This document shows, one piece after another, positions 1-8,735 of a DNA stretch of 41,126 nucleotides (the first letter of the stretch is position 1; each line of letters begins with the position of its first letter). Under the pieces are notes generated by a model that was given only the letters and a program-made list of their open reading frames with translations, searched no databases and was not told the DNA's origin. Made by a program: the position numbers and the translations under genes. The stretch covers positions 305,940 to 347,065 of the forward strand of contig JBAZWB010000002.1 of NCBI GenBank assembly GCA_041660605.1, in the 5' to 3' direction. The DNA is from Patescibacteria group bacterium. Its GTDB lineage: Bacteria; Patescibacteriota; Patescibacteriia; UBA10025; JAHIVO01.

Positions 1-2
1 CT

Positions 3-977
3 CTGATATTCTATACCGACGCCTCCCTGGGGCTGCAGGCCTTCACGCGCTACTGGCAAAACCTTGAAGATGATAAAAAAATCAATCTCACTGATAAATT
101 AATCGTAAAAATTACCGACCAGAATATCGGCATTGCTGAAAAACTGGCGCATCAGTCATACGAGGTGATCCATCCTAATTACATTTTACTGACCAGAAAA
201 GAAGCTCTTAACCCCATTTTTGAAAGTGACGATTATAATAAATTGATCGGTAATCTGGCCGACCGGGCCATTGAGTACAGGGTGATAGATTCCCGCAGCG
301 AAAAATCTCCGGCTTTTATTTTATCCCATGCCATCACCAATTTCATAACCAAGGGCATCCCCACCAATACTATTTATTTGTTGCTGGCTTACCCGTTTAT
401 CGTGCTGATCATAACTTTTTTCAGGCAGGTCGTCGGCATCGCTGCCTTCGGGATTTACACTCCCTCTGTCATCGCCCTGTCGTTGATTATTCTCGGGCTA
501 TATTTCGGCCTGGCAACCATATTGATCGTAGTGGCCGTCAGTTATATCCTGCGAATAATACTTAACCGGTTTAAGCTCATCTACATGGCCAAAACCGGAT
601 TGATACTGGCTTCCATCGGCCTGTCTTTTCTGGCCCTGATGTGGATATTGTCCTACTATCAGGTTTCATTGGCCATCTCGCTGGCTATCTTTCCGATGCT
701 GGTAATGTCCACTGTTTCCGAAAAATTTCTCTCCGCCCAATCAGAAGAGGGCTTACGAGGTGCTTTATTAGGGGTGGTTAAAACTATCTTTGTATCACTG
801 GTGGCCTATTATTTGGTGGTTTGGACAACTTTTAATAACTTGCTATTGTCCTGGCCAGAACTAATTCTGGTGCCGCTTGTTGGGCTGATTATTCTCGGGA
901 GGTTTACGGGTTTGCGCCTGAATGAATATTTCAGATTCAGATCACTATTCAAAGAAAAGAATATTGAGGAAGAATAG
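3..977 (+). CDS. 7-TM integral membrane protein, C-terminal part of a transglutaminase-like/7TM family protein; 5' end lies outside the window
   Basis: The frame is open from nt 3, with no stop before the GTG at 165 used by the ORF track. From about residue 60 the product is a run of roughly seven hydrophobic helices. It lies directly upstream of an alpha-L-glutamate-ligase-like ATP-grasp gene, the usual neighbour of this family. Confidence 0.5.
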   Translation: MIFYTDASLGLQAFTRYWQNLEDDKKINLTDKLIVKITDQNIGIAEKLAHQSYEVIHPNYILLTRKEALNPIFESDDYNKLIGNLADRAIEYRVIDSRSEKSPAFILSHAITNFITKGIPTNTIYLLLAYPFIVLIITFFRQVVGIAAFGIYTPSVIALSLIILGLYFGLATILIVVAVSYILRIILNRFKLIYMAKTGLILASIGLSFLALMWILSYYQVSLAISLAIFPMLVMSTVSEKFLSAQSEEGLRGALLGVVKTIFVSLVAYYLVVWTTFNNLLLSWPELILVPLVGLIILGRFTGLRLNEYFRFRSLFKEKNIEEE

Positions 978-1009
978 GCTGCCATTTGCCGGAAAGAATA
1001 ATGTCGTTT

Positions 1010-1089
1010 ACCCCGTTAGAAATTTGGACTAAGCTTACGTTATAGTAGATAAGAAAAAATTTCTAACGGGGTTTATCCTTTTTATTTTT
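1010..1089 (+). terminator. long stem-loop (16-bp perfect arms, 31-nt loop) followed by a T-rich tract; terminator or attenuator
   Basis: Arms accccgttagaaattt (1010-1025) and aaatttctaacggggt (1057-1072) are exact reverse complements, followed by ttatcctttttattttt. It lies between the 7TM stop and the ATP-grasp start. Confidence 0.45.
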
Positions 1090-1108
1090 CATATCTAATA
1101 TTGAAAGC

Positions 1109-3445
1109 ATGTCAATTTTTGGAAAAGCCTCGCAAATTTTAGGAATTAATGCCAGAAATTTATTGTATATAGTAAAGTACAATAGCAAAGCGCATAAAAA
1201 ACTGGCAGACGATAAAATCAGCACCAAGCATTTTTTACAGGCCAGGGGAATTGGCGTGGCACGCTTGTATTCATCTGTAAAAACTCTGGCTGAATTAAGG
1301 AATTTCAACCCAAGCACCCTCCCGAATAGTTTTGTCATCAAGCCGAATAAAGGCTATGGAGGGGAGGGAATATTGCCAATTAATAAAACTCAAAAAGGGA
1401 TTTACCACGGCGTTAATGGCGAAAAATATCGTTGGTCTGACCTTTACGAGCATTGCATCGGCATTCTCGACGGACGATATGCGATTTCCGGTCTGCGTGA
1501 TACGGTAATTTTTGAAGAATTGCTGGAACCGCATGACTATTTCAAAAAATTTGTGGAAATGGGCTTGCCTGACATACGTGTAATTGTCTTTAAATACGTC
1601 CCCGTGATCGCCATGCTCCGCTTACCGACGGCAGAATCGCAAGGCAAGGCAAATCTGCATTTAGGCGCTATCGGCCTGGGCATAGACATTGGCACTGGAC
1701 AGACGACTTTCGGGGTATATAAAAACAAACTGATAAAAAAAATGCCTTCCGGAGAATCAGTGCGCAGCCTCATCATCCCTCAATGGGACGAGATACTTAA
1801 TACCGCTTCCCGTACCCAGTTTTTGACGCAAATCGGTTATTTGGCGGTTGACCTGACTTTGGCAAAAAACGGCATTAAAATTCTTGAGGTCAATGCCCGC
1901 GCCGGCCTGGCTATTCAAATTTCCAACCAGACGCTGCTGCGAAAGCGCCTGGAAAAGGTGGCGGATTTAAAAGTGGTTTCAGCGGCAGAAGGCGTCAAGA
2001 TCGGTAAAACGCTTTTTACCAGGGTAGTAAAGGAAGAGAAAGCTACCAATACGAAGTTGGCTAGACCTATTATCGGGCTGTTTGAGCCGATAAATATTTT
2101 AAATGCCAAAGGCTTCAGCCACGTACAGGCAAAGATAGATCCGCATAGCGAAAGTAACTATCTGGACAAATCAATTCAAATACCTCCGGAGGACCGTTTA
2201 GCCAGTATTAAATTAAAAGATAGAAAAATCAAAATCCCCTTCATTTTATCTGACTTGTCCAATCAGCCATACAAAGTAATCTTATCCGGGAAACACCTGA
2301 CGGATTTTCTTATTGACTCTGCCAAAAAAACTTCCGATAAAATTGAAATCATCTCAGCTGAAACCAAGGAAGAAAAAATCATTCAGAATATTGATAAAAA
2401 AATTGTCGCCATTAACGACCAGATACATTTACTAGCCAGGCTGAAACCGCTTAACCTGGAAGAGGAATACAAAAAATTCATCAAGCACCCTTCTCATTCA
2501 CCGCAATTTTCCTACCAGAAGCATGATCTGAATATTGATTCAATAAAAAGTGATTTGAAAAAAATCCCTCGCCAGGTCAATCACCCTCTGATGCCGCTTT
2601 ATCAGAAAAAAATCGAAGAAATATATCATAAAATCGGGCTGGTGGAAAATATTGGCCGCCGGGAGATGAGTTATTATTCAAATAAAATATTCGGCGCAGT
2701 CAATGAAGAACTCTACAACCAGGCCGTTAATTTTCTCAAAAATGAGCCGCTGCAGAAAGATGCCAGCAAAAAACTAAGCCTTGACGAAGTAGTCAGGCAA
2801 ATCAGCGATTATTTAAATGCCAAGAAGCTGATCAAGTGGCGGATAAAAATACTTGATAACGCCACCTCGGGCATGCAGATAAATAAAAAAAATACCATCT
2901 TTATAAACAAAAAAGGCCGCTTTACCCAAAATCACGTCACTGCGCTGATTGCCCATGAGATTGAAACGCATATATTCAGGCTGGAAAACGGCCGACTGCA
3001 GCCATACCGGCTGTTTGAGCAGGGTACAGCCGGGTATTTGTTAGCTGAGGAGGGGCTGGCTATTTACAATCAAAATAAATTGAGACTGCCATTGGGAGAC
3101 AAATATTTTTCACCGGCACTTAACATTGTAGCTATTTACTTCGGTCAAAGAATGTCCTTCCTGGAAATCTATGATTTTCTGATAAAAAATTATAACATAC
3201 CAAAGGAAAAAGCCTGGAGAATCTGCGTGCGCACCAAAAGAGGCCTGGAGAATACCAATGAGCCCGGTTCTCTGACCAAGGACTTGGTTTATTTTTCCGG
3301 CTATAATCTGATCAACCGACTGATCAAAGACAAGGGCCTAAATGAAATGAAAAAACTGTACATCGGAAAAATCGGTTTTGCTGACCTGAAATACATCAGC
3401 GATCTCAAACAATGGAAAATTAAGTATCTGCCCGAATTTAAATAA
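1109..3445 (+). CDS. fusion protein: N-terminal alpha-L-glutamate-ligase-like ATP-grasp domain plus C-terminal DUF1704 / QEGLA-motif (MATCAP-like) zinc metallocarboxypeptidase domain
   Basis: The N-terminus has ILGINARNLLYI, FVIKPNKGYGGEGI, LPDIRVIVFKYVPVIAMLRLPTAESQGKANLHLGAIGLGID and LEVNARAG, typical of RimK-related ATP-grasp ligases. The C-terminus has AHEIETHIFR (HExxH) followed by AEEGLAIY (the QEGLA motif region). Confidence 0.7.
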   Translation: MSIFGKASQILGINARNLLYIVKYNSKAHKKLADDKISTKHFLQARGIGVARLYSSVKTLAELRNFNPSTLPNSFVIKPNKGYGGEGILPINKTQKGIYHGVNGEKYRWSDLYEHCIGILDGRYAISGLRDTVIFEELLEPHDYFKKFVEMGLPDIRVIVFKYVPVIAMLRLPTAESQGKANLHLGAIGLGIDIGTGQTTFGVYKNKLIKKMPSGESVRSLIIPQWDEILNTASRTQFLTQIGYLAVDLTLAKNGIKILEVNARAGLAIQISNQTLLRKRLEKVADLKVVSAAEGVKIGKTLFTRVVKEEKATNTKLARPIIGLFEPINILNAKGFSHVQAKIDPHSESNYLDKSIQIPPEDRLASIKLKDRKIKIPFILSDLSNQPYKVILSGKHLTDFLIDSAKKTSDKIEIISAETKEEKIIQNIDKKIVAINDQIHLLARLKPLNLEEEYKKFIKHPSHSPQFSYQKHDLNIDSIKSDLKKIPRQVNHPLMPLYQKKIEEIYHKIGLVENIGRREMSYYSNKIFGAVNEELYNQAVNFLKNEPLQKDASKKLSLDEVVRQISDYLNAKKLIKWRIKILDNATSGMQINKKNTIFINKKGRFTQNHVTALIAHEIETHIFRLENGRLQPYRLFEQGTAGYLLAEEGLAIYNQNKLRLPLGDKYFSPALNIVAIYFGQRMSFLEIYDFLIKNYNIPKEKAWRICVRTKRGLENTNEPGSLTKDLVYFSGYNLINRLIKDKGLNEMKKLYIGKIGFADLKYISDLKQWKIKYLPEFK

Positions 3446-3488
3446 TTAAAAAATATAATGCAGAAGCTAGCGCCGGCTGCTATTTTTT

Positions 3489-3863
3489 TTATTTAAAATA
3501 TCGCCGTGCCGTCTTTATGTCCTTTTTAATCCGGGCAATTAGTAGCTTTTCTTCGGTATATTTTTTCAACGGCCTGATTTTTTTGAATATTTTCACCACC
3601 AGCGTTCTACCATATAAATAGTTACTGTCCCTGCGTCCGATCAGATAAGTCTCAATCTTGCCCTTTTTAAAGCGTTTAAAGCCCGGTACGCCCATCACCA
3701 ACAAGGCAATATATTCCTTATGCCCTAAAACCGCTTTTGCCGCATAAACGCCCTTAGCGATTTTATTCCGTCCCAGCGAACGTTTGGAAAAATTCGCTGT
3801 GGGGTAGCCCAGCCTCTCCCCGATATTCTCTCCCCTGATTATTTTGCCGGAGATTTGCTTCAT
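3489..3863 (-). CDS. riboflavin kinase (monofunctional, RibF C-terminal-domain type)
   Basis: Motifs GENIGERLGYPTANF, GVYAAK, IETYLI and LYGRTLVVKIFKKIRP. The start was moved to the internal ATG (MKQISGK), which forms an ATGA overlap with the upstream gene stop at 3860-3863. Confidence 0.75.
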   Translation of the reverse strand: MKQISGKIIRGENIGERLGYPTANFSKRSLGRNKIAKGVYAAKAVLGHKEYIALLVMGVPGFKRFKKGKIETYLIGRRDSNYLYGRTLVVKIFKKIRPLKKYTEEKLLIARIKKDIKTARRYFK

Positions 3864-4636
3864 TTCAGCTTTTTTATTAATTGCTGATGAATCAGCCCGT
3901 TTGAAGCTACAACGCCTAGGCTGTTGAATTTCCAAGGCCGGCCGCGAAAATCAGATACCTGCCCGCCTGCCTCCTTAACAAGCAGCACCCCGGCAGCAGT
4001 ATCCCATAAATGCGACTCGGGCGGCACCTGAATGTAACTGTCAGTGCGTCCGGAAGCGACATAGGCCATATTCATGGAAGCGCTGCCGATGAATCTTATA
4101 TTGATTACATCCTTTCTTAATCTTTTCTGCAGTTTTAAAAAATTCTTATACACTGGCTTGCCATGCCCACGGCCAAGGAACAGAAATGCTTCTTTCAGCA
4201 CTTTTGTCCCGGAAACATGGATTCTTTTGTTATTTAGAAAAGCACCCTTGCCTTTTTCCGCGATAAAAAGCTCATTCAAATACGGAGCATAAATTACACT
4301 GATAATAATACTTCCTTTATGAACCAAAGATATGGAGGTGCAAAAAAGCGGTATGTGCATGGCATAATTGCTAGTCCCGTCTAATGGGTCGATTACCCAT
4401 TTATAAGAACCCGGCTTGTTTTTTAACCCGGTTTCTTCACTGTAAATATCATGATCAGGAAAAACCTTTTCAATCGCTTTTATAATGGCCGTATTGGTCA
4501 TCATATCCGCTTTGGTAACAATGTCGTGTTTGCCTTTCTTAATTATGCTGGTGCTTCTGATATCCGGATAGTATTTCATTAAAATCTGCCCGGCGGATTT
4601 TGCGGCCGCGACGGCGGTGCTGGTGAATCTGTTCAT
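3860..4636 (-). CDS. inositol monophosphatase family protein (SuhB/IMPase-like)
   Basis: Family motifs YSEETG, WVIDPLDGTSNY and WDTAAG. Confidence 0.8.
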   Translation of the reverse strand: MNRFTSTAVAAAKSAGQILMKYYPDIRSTSIIKKGKHDIVTKADMMTNTAIIKAIEKVFPDHDIYSEETGLKNKPGSYKWVIDPLDGTSNYAMHIPLFCTSISLVHKGSIIISVIYAPYLNELFIAEKGKGAFLNNKRIHVSGTKVLKEAFLFLGRGHGKPVYKNFLKLQKRLRKDVINIRFIGSASMNMAYVASGRTDSYIQVPPESHLWDTAAGVLLVKEAGGQVSDFRGRPWKFNSLGVVASNGLIHQQLIKKLK

Positions 4637-5133
4637 ATTAGTTCCAATATTTTTAATTCTAATTTTTCTGTGCTGGTGTCATAAACGGCGAAAGTTGCTT
4701 TGGTAAAGAGACCGGCTAATGTCCCTGGGTTAATCAGTCTGGTGTTTCCTGCCTTTTCCTCCCAGGGTTTATGATTATGGCCGTAAAATACCAAATCATA
4801 TTTTCCGCTGGCTGCTAATTTCTTGGCTTTTTCCGGATAATGGATAAAGGCGATCTTTTTTCCGCCAATCACCGCTTCGCCCAAATCACCATAATGCTTG
4901 ACGTTTTTGAACCCCTTGGCTATTTCCGGCAATAAATCACGGTCTTCCACATTGCCAAATACCATATGAATGGGTCCGGCAAATCCCGGAGCCAATACTT
5001 TGATCAAAATCGACGGCGCGCATAAATCGCCGCAGTGAATAATCTGCTCAACATTGTTTTCCTTCATCCATTTAAGCGCCTTTTCCATATTGGGCACATT
5101 ATCGTGCGTATCGGAAATAATTGCTATTTTCAT
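4633..5133 (-). CDS. YfcE/MJ0936-family metallophosphoesterase
   Basis: Motifs MKIAIISDTHDN, HCGDL and GHNH. ATGA overlap with the downstream gene. Confidence 0.75.
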   Translation of the reverse strand: MKIAIISDTHDNVPNMEKALKWMKENNVEQIIHCGDLCAPSILIKVLAPGFAGPIHMVFGNVEDRDLLPEIAKGFKNVKHYGDLGEAVIGGKKIAFIHYPEKAKKLAASGKYDLVFYGHNHKPWEEKAGNTRLINPGTLAGLFTKATFAVYDTSTEKLELKILELI

Positions 5134-5195
5134 AAGGTAATAAGTTTAATAAGGTGATACAGGATAATAGATAGTTAGGTCTATAATCAGCTTCA

Positions 5196-5603
5196 TTACT
5201 TATCGTGCTGCTTTCGAAGTCGATTAAGTGTTTCCTGAAGTTCCTGTAGCTCTTTTTGTCGTTGTTCTCGGATCGGAGCACGATCTTTTTCGTGCTGTTC
5301 ATCCGCTAACCGTATTTGTTCTCGTATTTTTTCTGTTCTCTGATCAACCTCTTCTCCAACACGGCGCCACTCATCAAGTGTAGTCGGAAACGGTATGTCC
5401 AGTTTATCCAACTGCTCCGCAATCAAGGGATTATCCTTTTTGGACAAGCTTGTTGCGGCTTTTAAGCTCTCTTCACTTAGCGGATCATACCCCGGGTTGT
5501 CGTGTGAAGTGTCGTCTTCACGCCGCTGCATGTTATCCATTCCACTAGCTAAACTTGATCCTTGCTCTCTAAACATATTTTTTATTGTATTAATAGTTAT
5601 CAC
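5196..5603 (-). CDS. hypothetical charged coiled-coil protein
   Basis: Clean ORF in an otherwise empty slot, with an E/R/K/Q-rich C-terminal half. No recognisable family. Confidence 0.4.
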   Translation of the reverse strand: MITINTIKNMFREQGSSLASGMDNMQRREDDTSHDNPGYDPLSEESLKAATSLSKKDNPLIAEQLDKLDIPFPTTLDEWRRVGEEVDQRTEKIREQIRLADEQHEKDRAPIREQRQKELQELQETLNRLRKQHDK

Positions 5604-5659
5604 TAATCAGATAACTTTCTATATGGTATTAGAAATAATTGCTATTTTCATATTATTAA

Positions 5660-6424
5660 TTAAATTTCGATCTCCATTAAATCCTCTGCTAAAACAATTT
5701 CCCCATTAAATGTTTTCCTGGCTTCCGCCATAATATCTATTCTTTCAACGACCGGATAAAAATGAGTTAACACGACTTTTTTTACTTTTGCTTCAGACGC
5801 CAATTTGCCCGCTTCTTGCGGCGTCAGGTGCCCATCCATTTCCTGCGTCGGCTTGGCTGATTCAATTAGCAATAAATCCGCTTTTTTTGCCAGCTTGATA
5901 ACGTCCTTATTATACCCGACATCCCCCGTATAGACGAATGACTTGCCGCCATGTTCAATGCGATATCCGATGGAATTTTTTACCAGCGTATTGCCCGGTT
6001 TATCTAGCGACCTCGTCTTTAACGTAAACTCTCCAATTTCCAGCTGCTTATTTCTAAGTTCGGTAATGCTTACTTTATACTTGGCTTTTTCTTCAAACTG
6101 CGGCCAAAAAGCGGCCAACATTTTCTTAAAAAATCTTTTAAAGCCTTTGGGGCCGAAAATTTCCAGCACCTTCGTCCGCGGCTGGTCGTGCCAGTTAAAT
6201 CCCCAGAGCAGAGCCGGCAGTTCTGCCACATGGTCAATATGCGTATGGGTGTAGTAAAAATAATCAATATAACGGGGGTCTTTTCCGGCTTCCATGAGAC
6301 GGCGTTTTGTCCCTTCACCGCTGTCCAGTAAAATTTGCTTGCCCGCCACTTCCAAAAGATAGGCTGGTGCAGAACGCTTGATTGAAGGCACGGTAGTGCC
6401 TGAACCTAATATTGTTAGTTTCAT
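5660..6424 (-). CDS. MBL-fold metallo-hydrolase (RNase Z/BN-like)
   Basis: HTHIDH motif (HxHxDH), later D and H ligands, and LTHF near the C-terminus. Confidence 0.7.
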   Translation of the reverse strand: MKLTILGSGTTVPSIKRSAPAYLLEVAGKQILLDSGEGTKRRLMEAGKDPRYIDYFYYTHTHIDHVAELPALLWGFNWHDQPRTKVLEIFGPKGFKRFFKKMLAAFWPQFEEKAKYKVSITELRNKQLEIGEFTLKTRSLDKPGNTLVKNSIGYRIEHGGKSFVYTGDVGYNKDVIKLAKKADLLLIESAKPTQEMDGHLTPQEAGKLASEAKVKKVVLTHFYPVVERIDIMAEARKTFNGEIVLAEDLMEIEI

Positions 6425-6428
6425 ATTA

Positions 6429-7007
6429 TTAATGATATTTACTATATAACCTTAAAAAATGTTTATTAAATCTCCTTAATTCATTTTTGATTTTATTACC
6501 TGCTTTAGTAATATAACGAGGATTGTAATTCTTAAGATAGCTAAGAGTGCTATTTAATGCTTTATCATTACTATACCCATTTTTTAATAAGTCCCCATAT
6601 TCACGTATTAAGCCAACCGGACCAAAGCAATCTAATTTGTCCGCTTCAAATATTATTTTACCTTCGAGTGTTTTTGCTAAATGGCGTCGCGCGCTATCAT
6701 GAAATCTAATTGCCAAGCAAACCTCATTAATAAAATTATTATTAATCTTTAATCGTTCCAAATACTTTTTAGCTAAGCTGGCTGATTGCTCTCCATGCGT
6801 CATGCCTCTTGTTTTCGGCGCTATATCATGCAAAAGGCCCGCAATTCGGCAAACGTCAACTTTTGCCCTTTCTCTTTTAGCAATATAAACGGCCATTCTG
6901 GAAACAAAAAAGGCGTGCCCAAAATCATGATACGGATCGTTGTTTCTCTTATATGCCCGCTTAACTAAAGCCTCAATCTTTTTATTTTGACTACTTGTCA
7001 ATTTCAT
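6429..7007 (-). CDS. HD-domain phosphohydrolase
   Basis: H...HD signature (GHAFFV ... LLHDI) with a later HD. Confidence 0.65.
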   Translation of the reverse strand: MKLTSSQNKKIEALVKRAYKRNNDPYHDFGHAFFVSRMAVYIAKRERAKVDVCRIAGLLHDIAPKTRGMTHGEQSASLAKKYLERLKINNNFINEVCLAIRFHDSARRHLAKTLEGKIIFEADKLDCFGPVGLIREYGDLLKNGYSNDKALNSTLSYLKNYNPRYITKAGNKIKNELRRFNKHFLRLYSKYH

Positions 7008-7022
7008 AATTTAAATTATACA

Positions 7023-7661
7023 CTAAATGCCCCACCTGACGAAATAATATACCGTGGCTAAATATTCTCGCATGATGGCGAAAAAATCCGTCAGCCTCCT
7101 GAAATGGTTTGATTTGAATGAGGATGGCTCAATGGCCGAAACGCAAACAACATTTACGTTAAATTTACGAAAAGTGTCGCAAGCCCGAGGCAAATGGTAA
7201 TCAGAGGTAACCACCAGAGCGGTAGACCAGCCTTTCTGCTTCATAATGGCCTGGCTGTTCTTGGCATTTTCATATGTGCTGGTTGATCTGTTCTCCTCAA
7301 TAATGTCACTGCTTGAAATACCGTGATCAACCGCATATGCCTTCATAAACTGGCTTTCAGTGTAATTTTGCCCTTTTACTATTCCGCCCGTAACAATAAC
7401 GTTTTTTGCATACCCAGCCTTGAATAATCTGTCTGCTTCATTCATTCTTTCCTGCACTGCCCAGGGTAAAATTTTTAGATCTGGAACGATCCCTCCGCCC
7501 AGCACGATTATCACGTCTGATTTGACTGGCGCTTCTTCATATAACAATGGCTTTATTAAAATATCATTAAAACCGGTAAATACCGCCAATAAAAAAATTA
7601 TAGAAACGGCAAACATCGCCCACAGAATAATTGACGGTAATTTGTGCAATAGCTTTTTCAT
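7023..7661 (-). CDS. YdcF/SanA-like DUF218 family membrane-anchored protein
   Basis: N-terminal TM helix, then DVIIVLGGG ... VTGG ... TSTYENA ... VTSDYHLPRA, typical of DUF218. Confidence 0.7.
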   Translation of the reverse strand: MKKLLHKLPSIILWAMFAVSIIFLLAVFTGFNDILIKPLLYEEAPVKSDVIIVLGGGIVPDLKILPWAVQERMNEADRLFKAGYAKNVIVTGGIVKGQNYTESQFMKAYAVDHGISSSDIIEENRSTSTYENAKNSQAIMKQKGWSTALVVTSDYHLPRACDTFRKFNVNVVCVSAIEPSSFKSNHFRRLTDFFAIMREYLATVYYFVRWGI

Positions 7662-7894
7662 AATTGAGACTTTGTAAAGCGTCGCCCCACAATCTTGTCA
7701 TTGCGAGGAACGAGCGGAGCGAGTGACGTGGCAATCTGATGCGAAGCATCATTCTGAGCTCGCGAAGGATCCCGTGTAATTATGCAGCGAGATACTTCAC
7801 TGGCGTTCAGTACGGTGCTGCGCACCGGATTCTCACGTCGCCCCGTCATGCGACGGGGCTCCTCAGAATGACAGTGAGTGGGCGGTGCTTGCAA
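7662..7894. repeat. GC-rich composite palindromic repeat cluster in an AT-rich spacer
   Basis: Three copies of the word (g/a)tcatt(g/c)(c/t)gag: 7697-7708, 7748-7759, and inverted at 7861-7872. Hairpin ccccgtcatgcgacgggg at 7841-7858. All three ORF-track ORFs here run through the repeats. Confidence 0.7.
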
Positions 7895-8731
7895 TTATTT
7901 CCTAAGATTCTTCAGCATCTTAATATCATTAATCTCCTGGCTGGCGCTGGGCGGCGTTTCTAAAATGAAATCAACATTTTTAAAAGCCTGATGATGCATC
8001 ATTGACCGGAAACCCTCCTGACCGATATTCCCGAAGCCAATGTGCTCGTGTCGGTCCTTGTGCGAATTTAATTCTGACTTGGTGTCATTGGCATGCACCA
8101 GAGCCAGGCACTCAAGCCCGATCTCTTTATCAAATTTGTGAAAAGTTTCTTCCACTGCTTTTTTACTGCTCAAATCATAACCGGAAACATAAGCATGGCA
8201 GGTATCAAAACAAACCCCGATTTTATACTGCGGCAGGGCTTTGATAATTTTACCGATTTCCTGAAATTCATCGCCAATAATCGTGCCACCGGCGCCGGCG
8301 GAATTTTCTATTAAAAATCGTGTTGCCCCTTTATAGCCGTCTAGTATCTTTTTTAAGCCTTCTATAACATTTTTCAAGGCTTCCTTGGCGCCTAAATCCT
8401 TAGACGAGCCCAAATGCGTCATCAGCGCCTTGGCGCCCAATAATGAGCCTCTTTCCAGTTCACTGCGTATTACGCTGATTGAACCGTAGCGGATACGGTT
8501 ATTGGAGGAAGCGAGATTAATGTAATACGGCGTATGGATGTAATAATCTTTCTGCTTGTTTGATTTAATCGCTTGTTTAAAGCTCAGGATGGTCTCTGCG
8601 TTGAGTTCTGGAGCCGGACCGCCCTGTGGCGAGCGAGTGAACATTTGGAAGCACTCACAGCCTATTTTAGCTGCGTTTGCGGGGGCGTTGAAGACCCCTC
8701 CGGCAATTGAAACATGAGCGCCAATGTTCAT
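7895..8731 (-). CDS. nfo: deoxyribonuclease IV (endonuclease IV)
   Basis: MNIGAHVSIAGG start, with the HLGS, CFDTCH and HANDTK metal-ligand motifs. The start was set at the internal ATG so that it does not overlap tig. Confidence 0.85.
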   Translation of the reverse strand: MNIGAHVSIAGGVFNAPANAAKIGCECFQMFTRSPQGGPAPELNAETILSFKQAIKSNKQKDYYIHTPYYINLASSNNRIRYGSISVIRSELERGSLLGAKALMTHLGSSKDLGAKEALKNVIEGLKKILDGYKGATRFLIENSAGAGGTIIGDEFQEIGKIIKALPQYKIGVCFDTCHAYVSGYDLSSKKAVEETFHKFDKEIGLECLALVHANDTKSELNSHKDRHEHIGFGNIGQEGFRSMMHHQAFKNVDFILETPPSASQEINDIKMLKNLRK

Positions 8732-8735
8732 TTGA

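Noticed and set aside
7567-7963. Three overlapping ORFs (7567..7752, 7658..7894, 7739..7963)
   Set aside because: All three are translations of the GC-rich repeat cluster, in different frames and strands. They overlap real genes at both ends.
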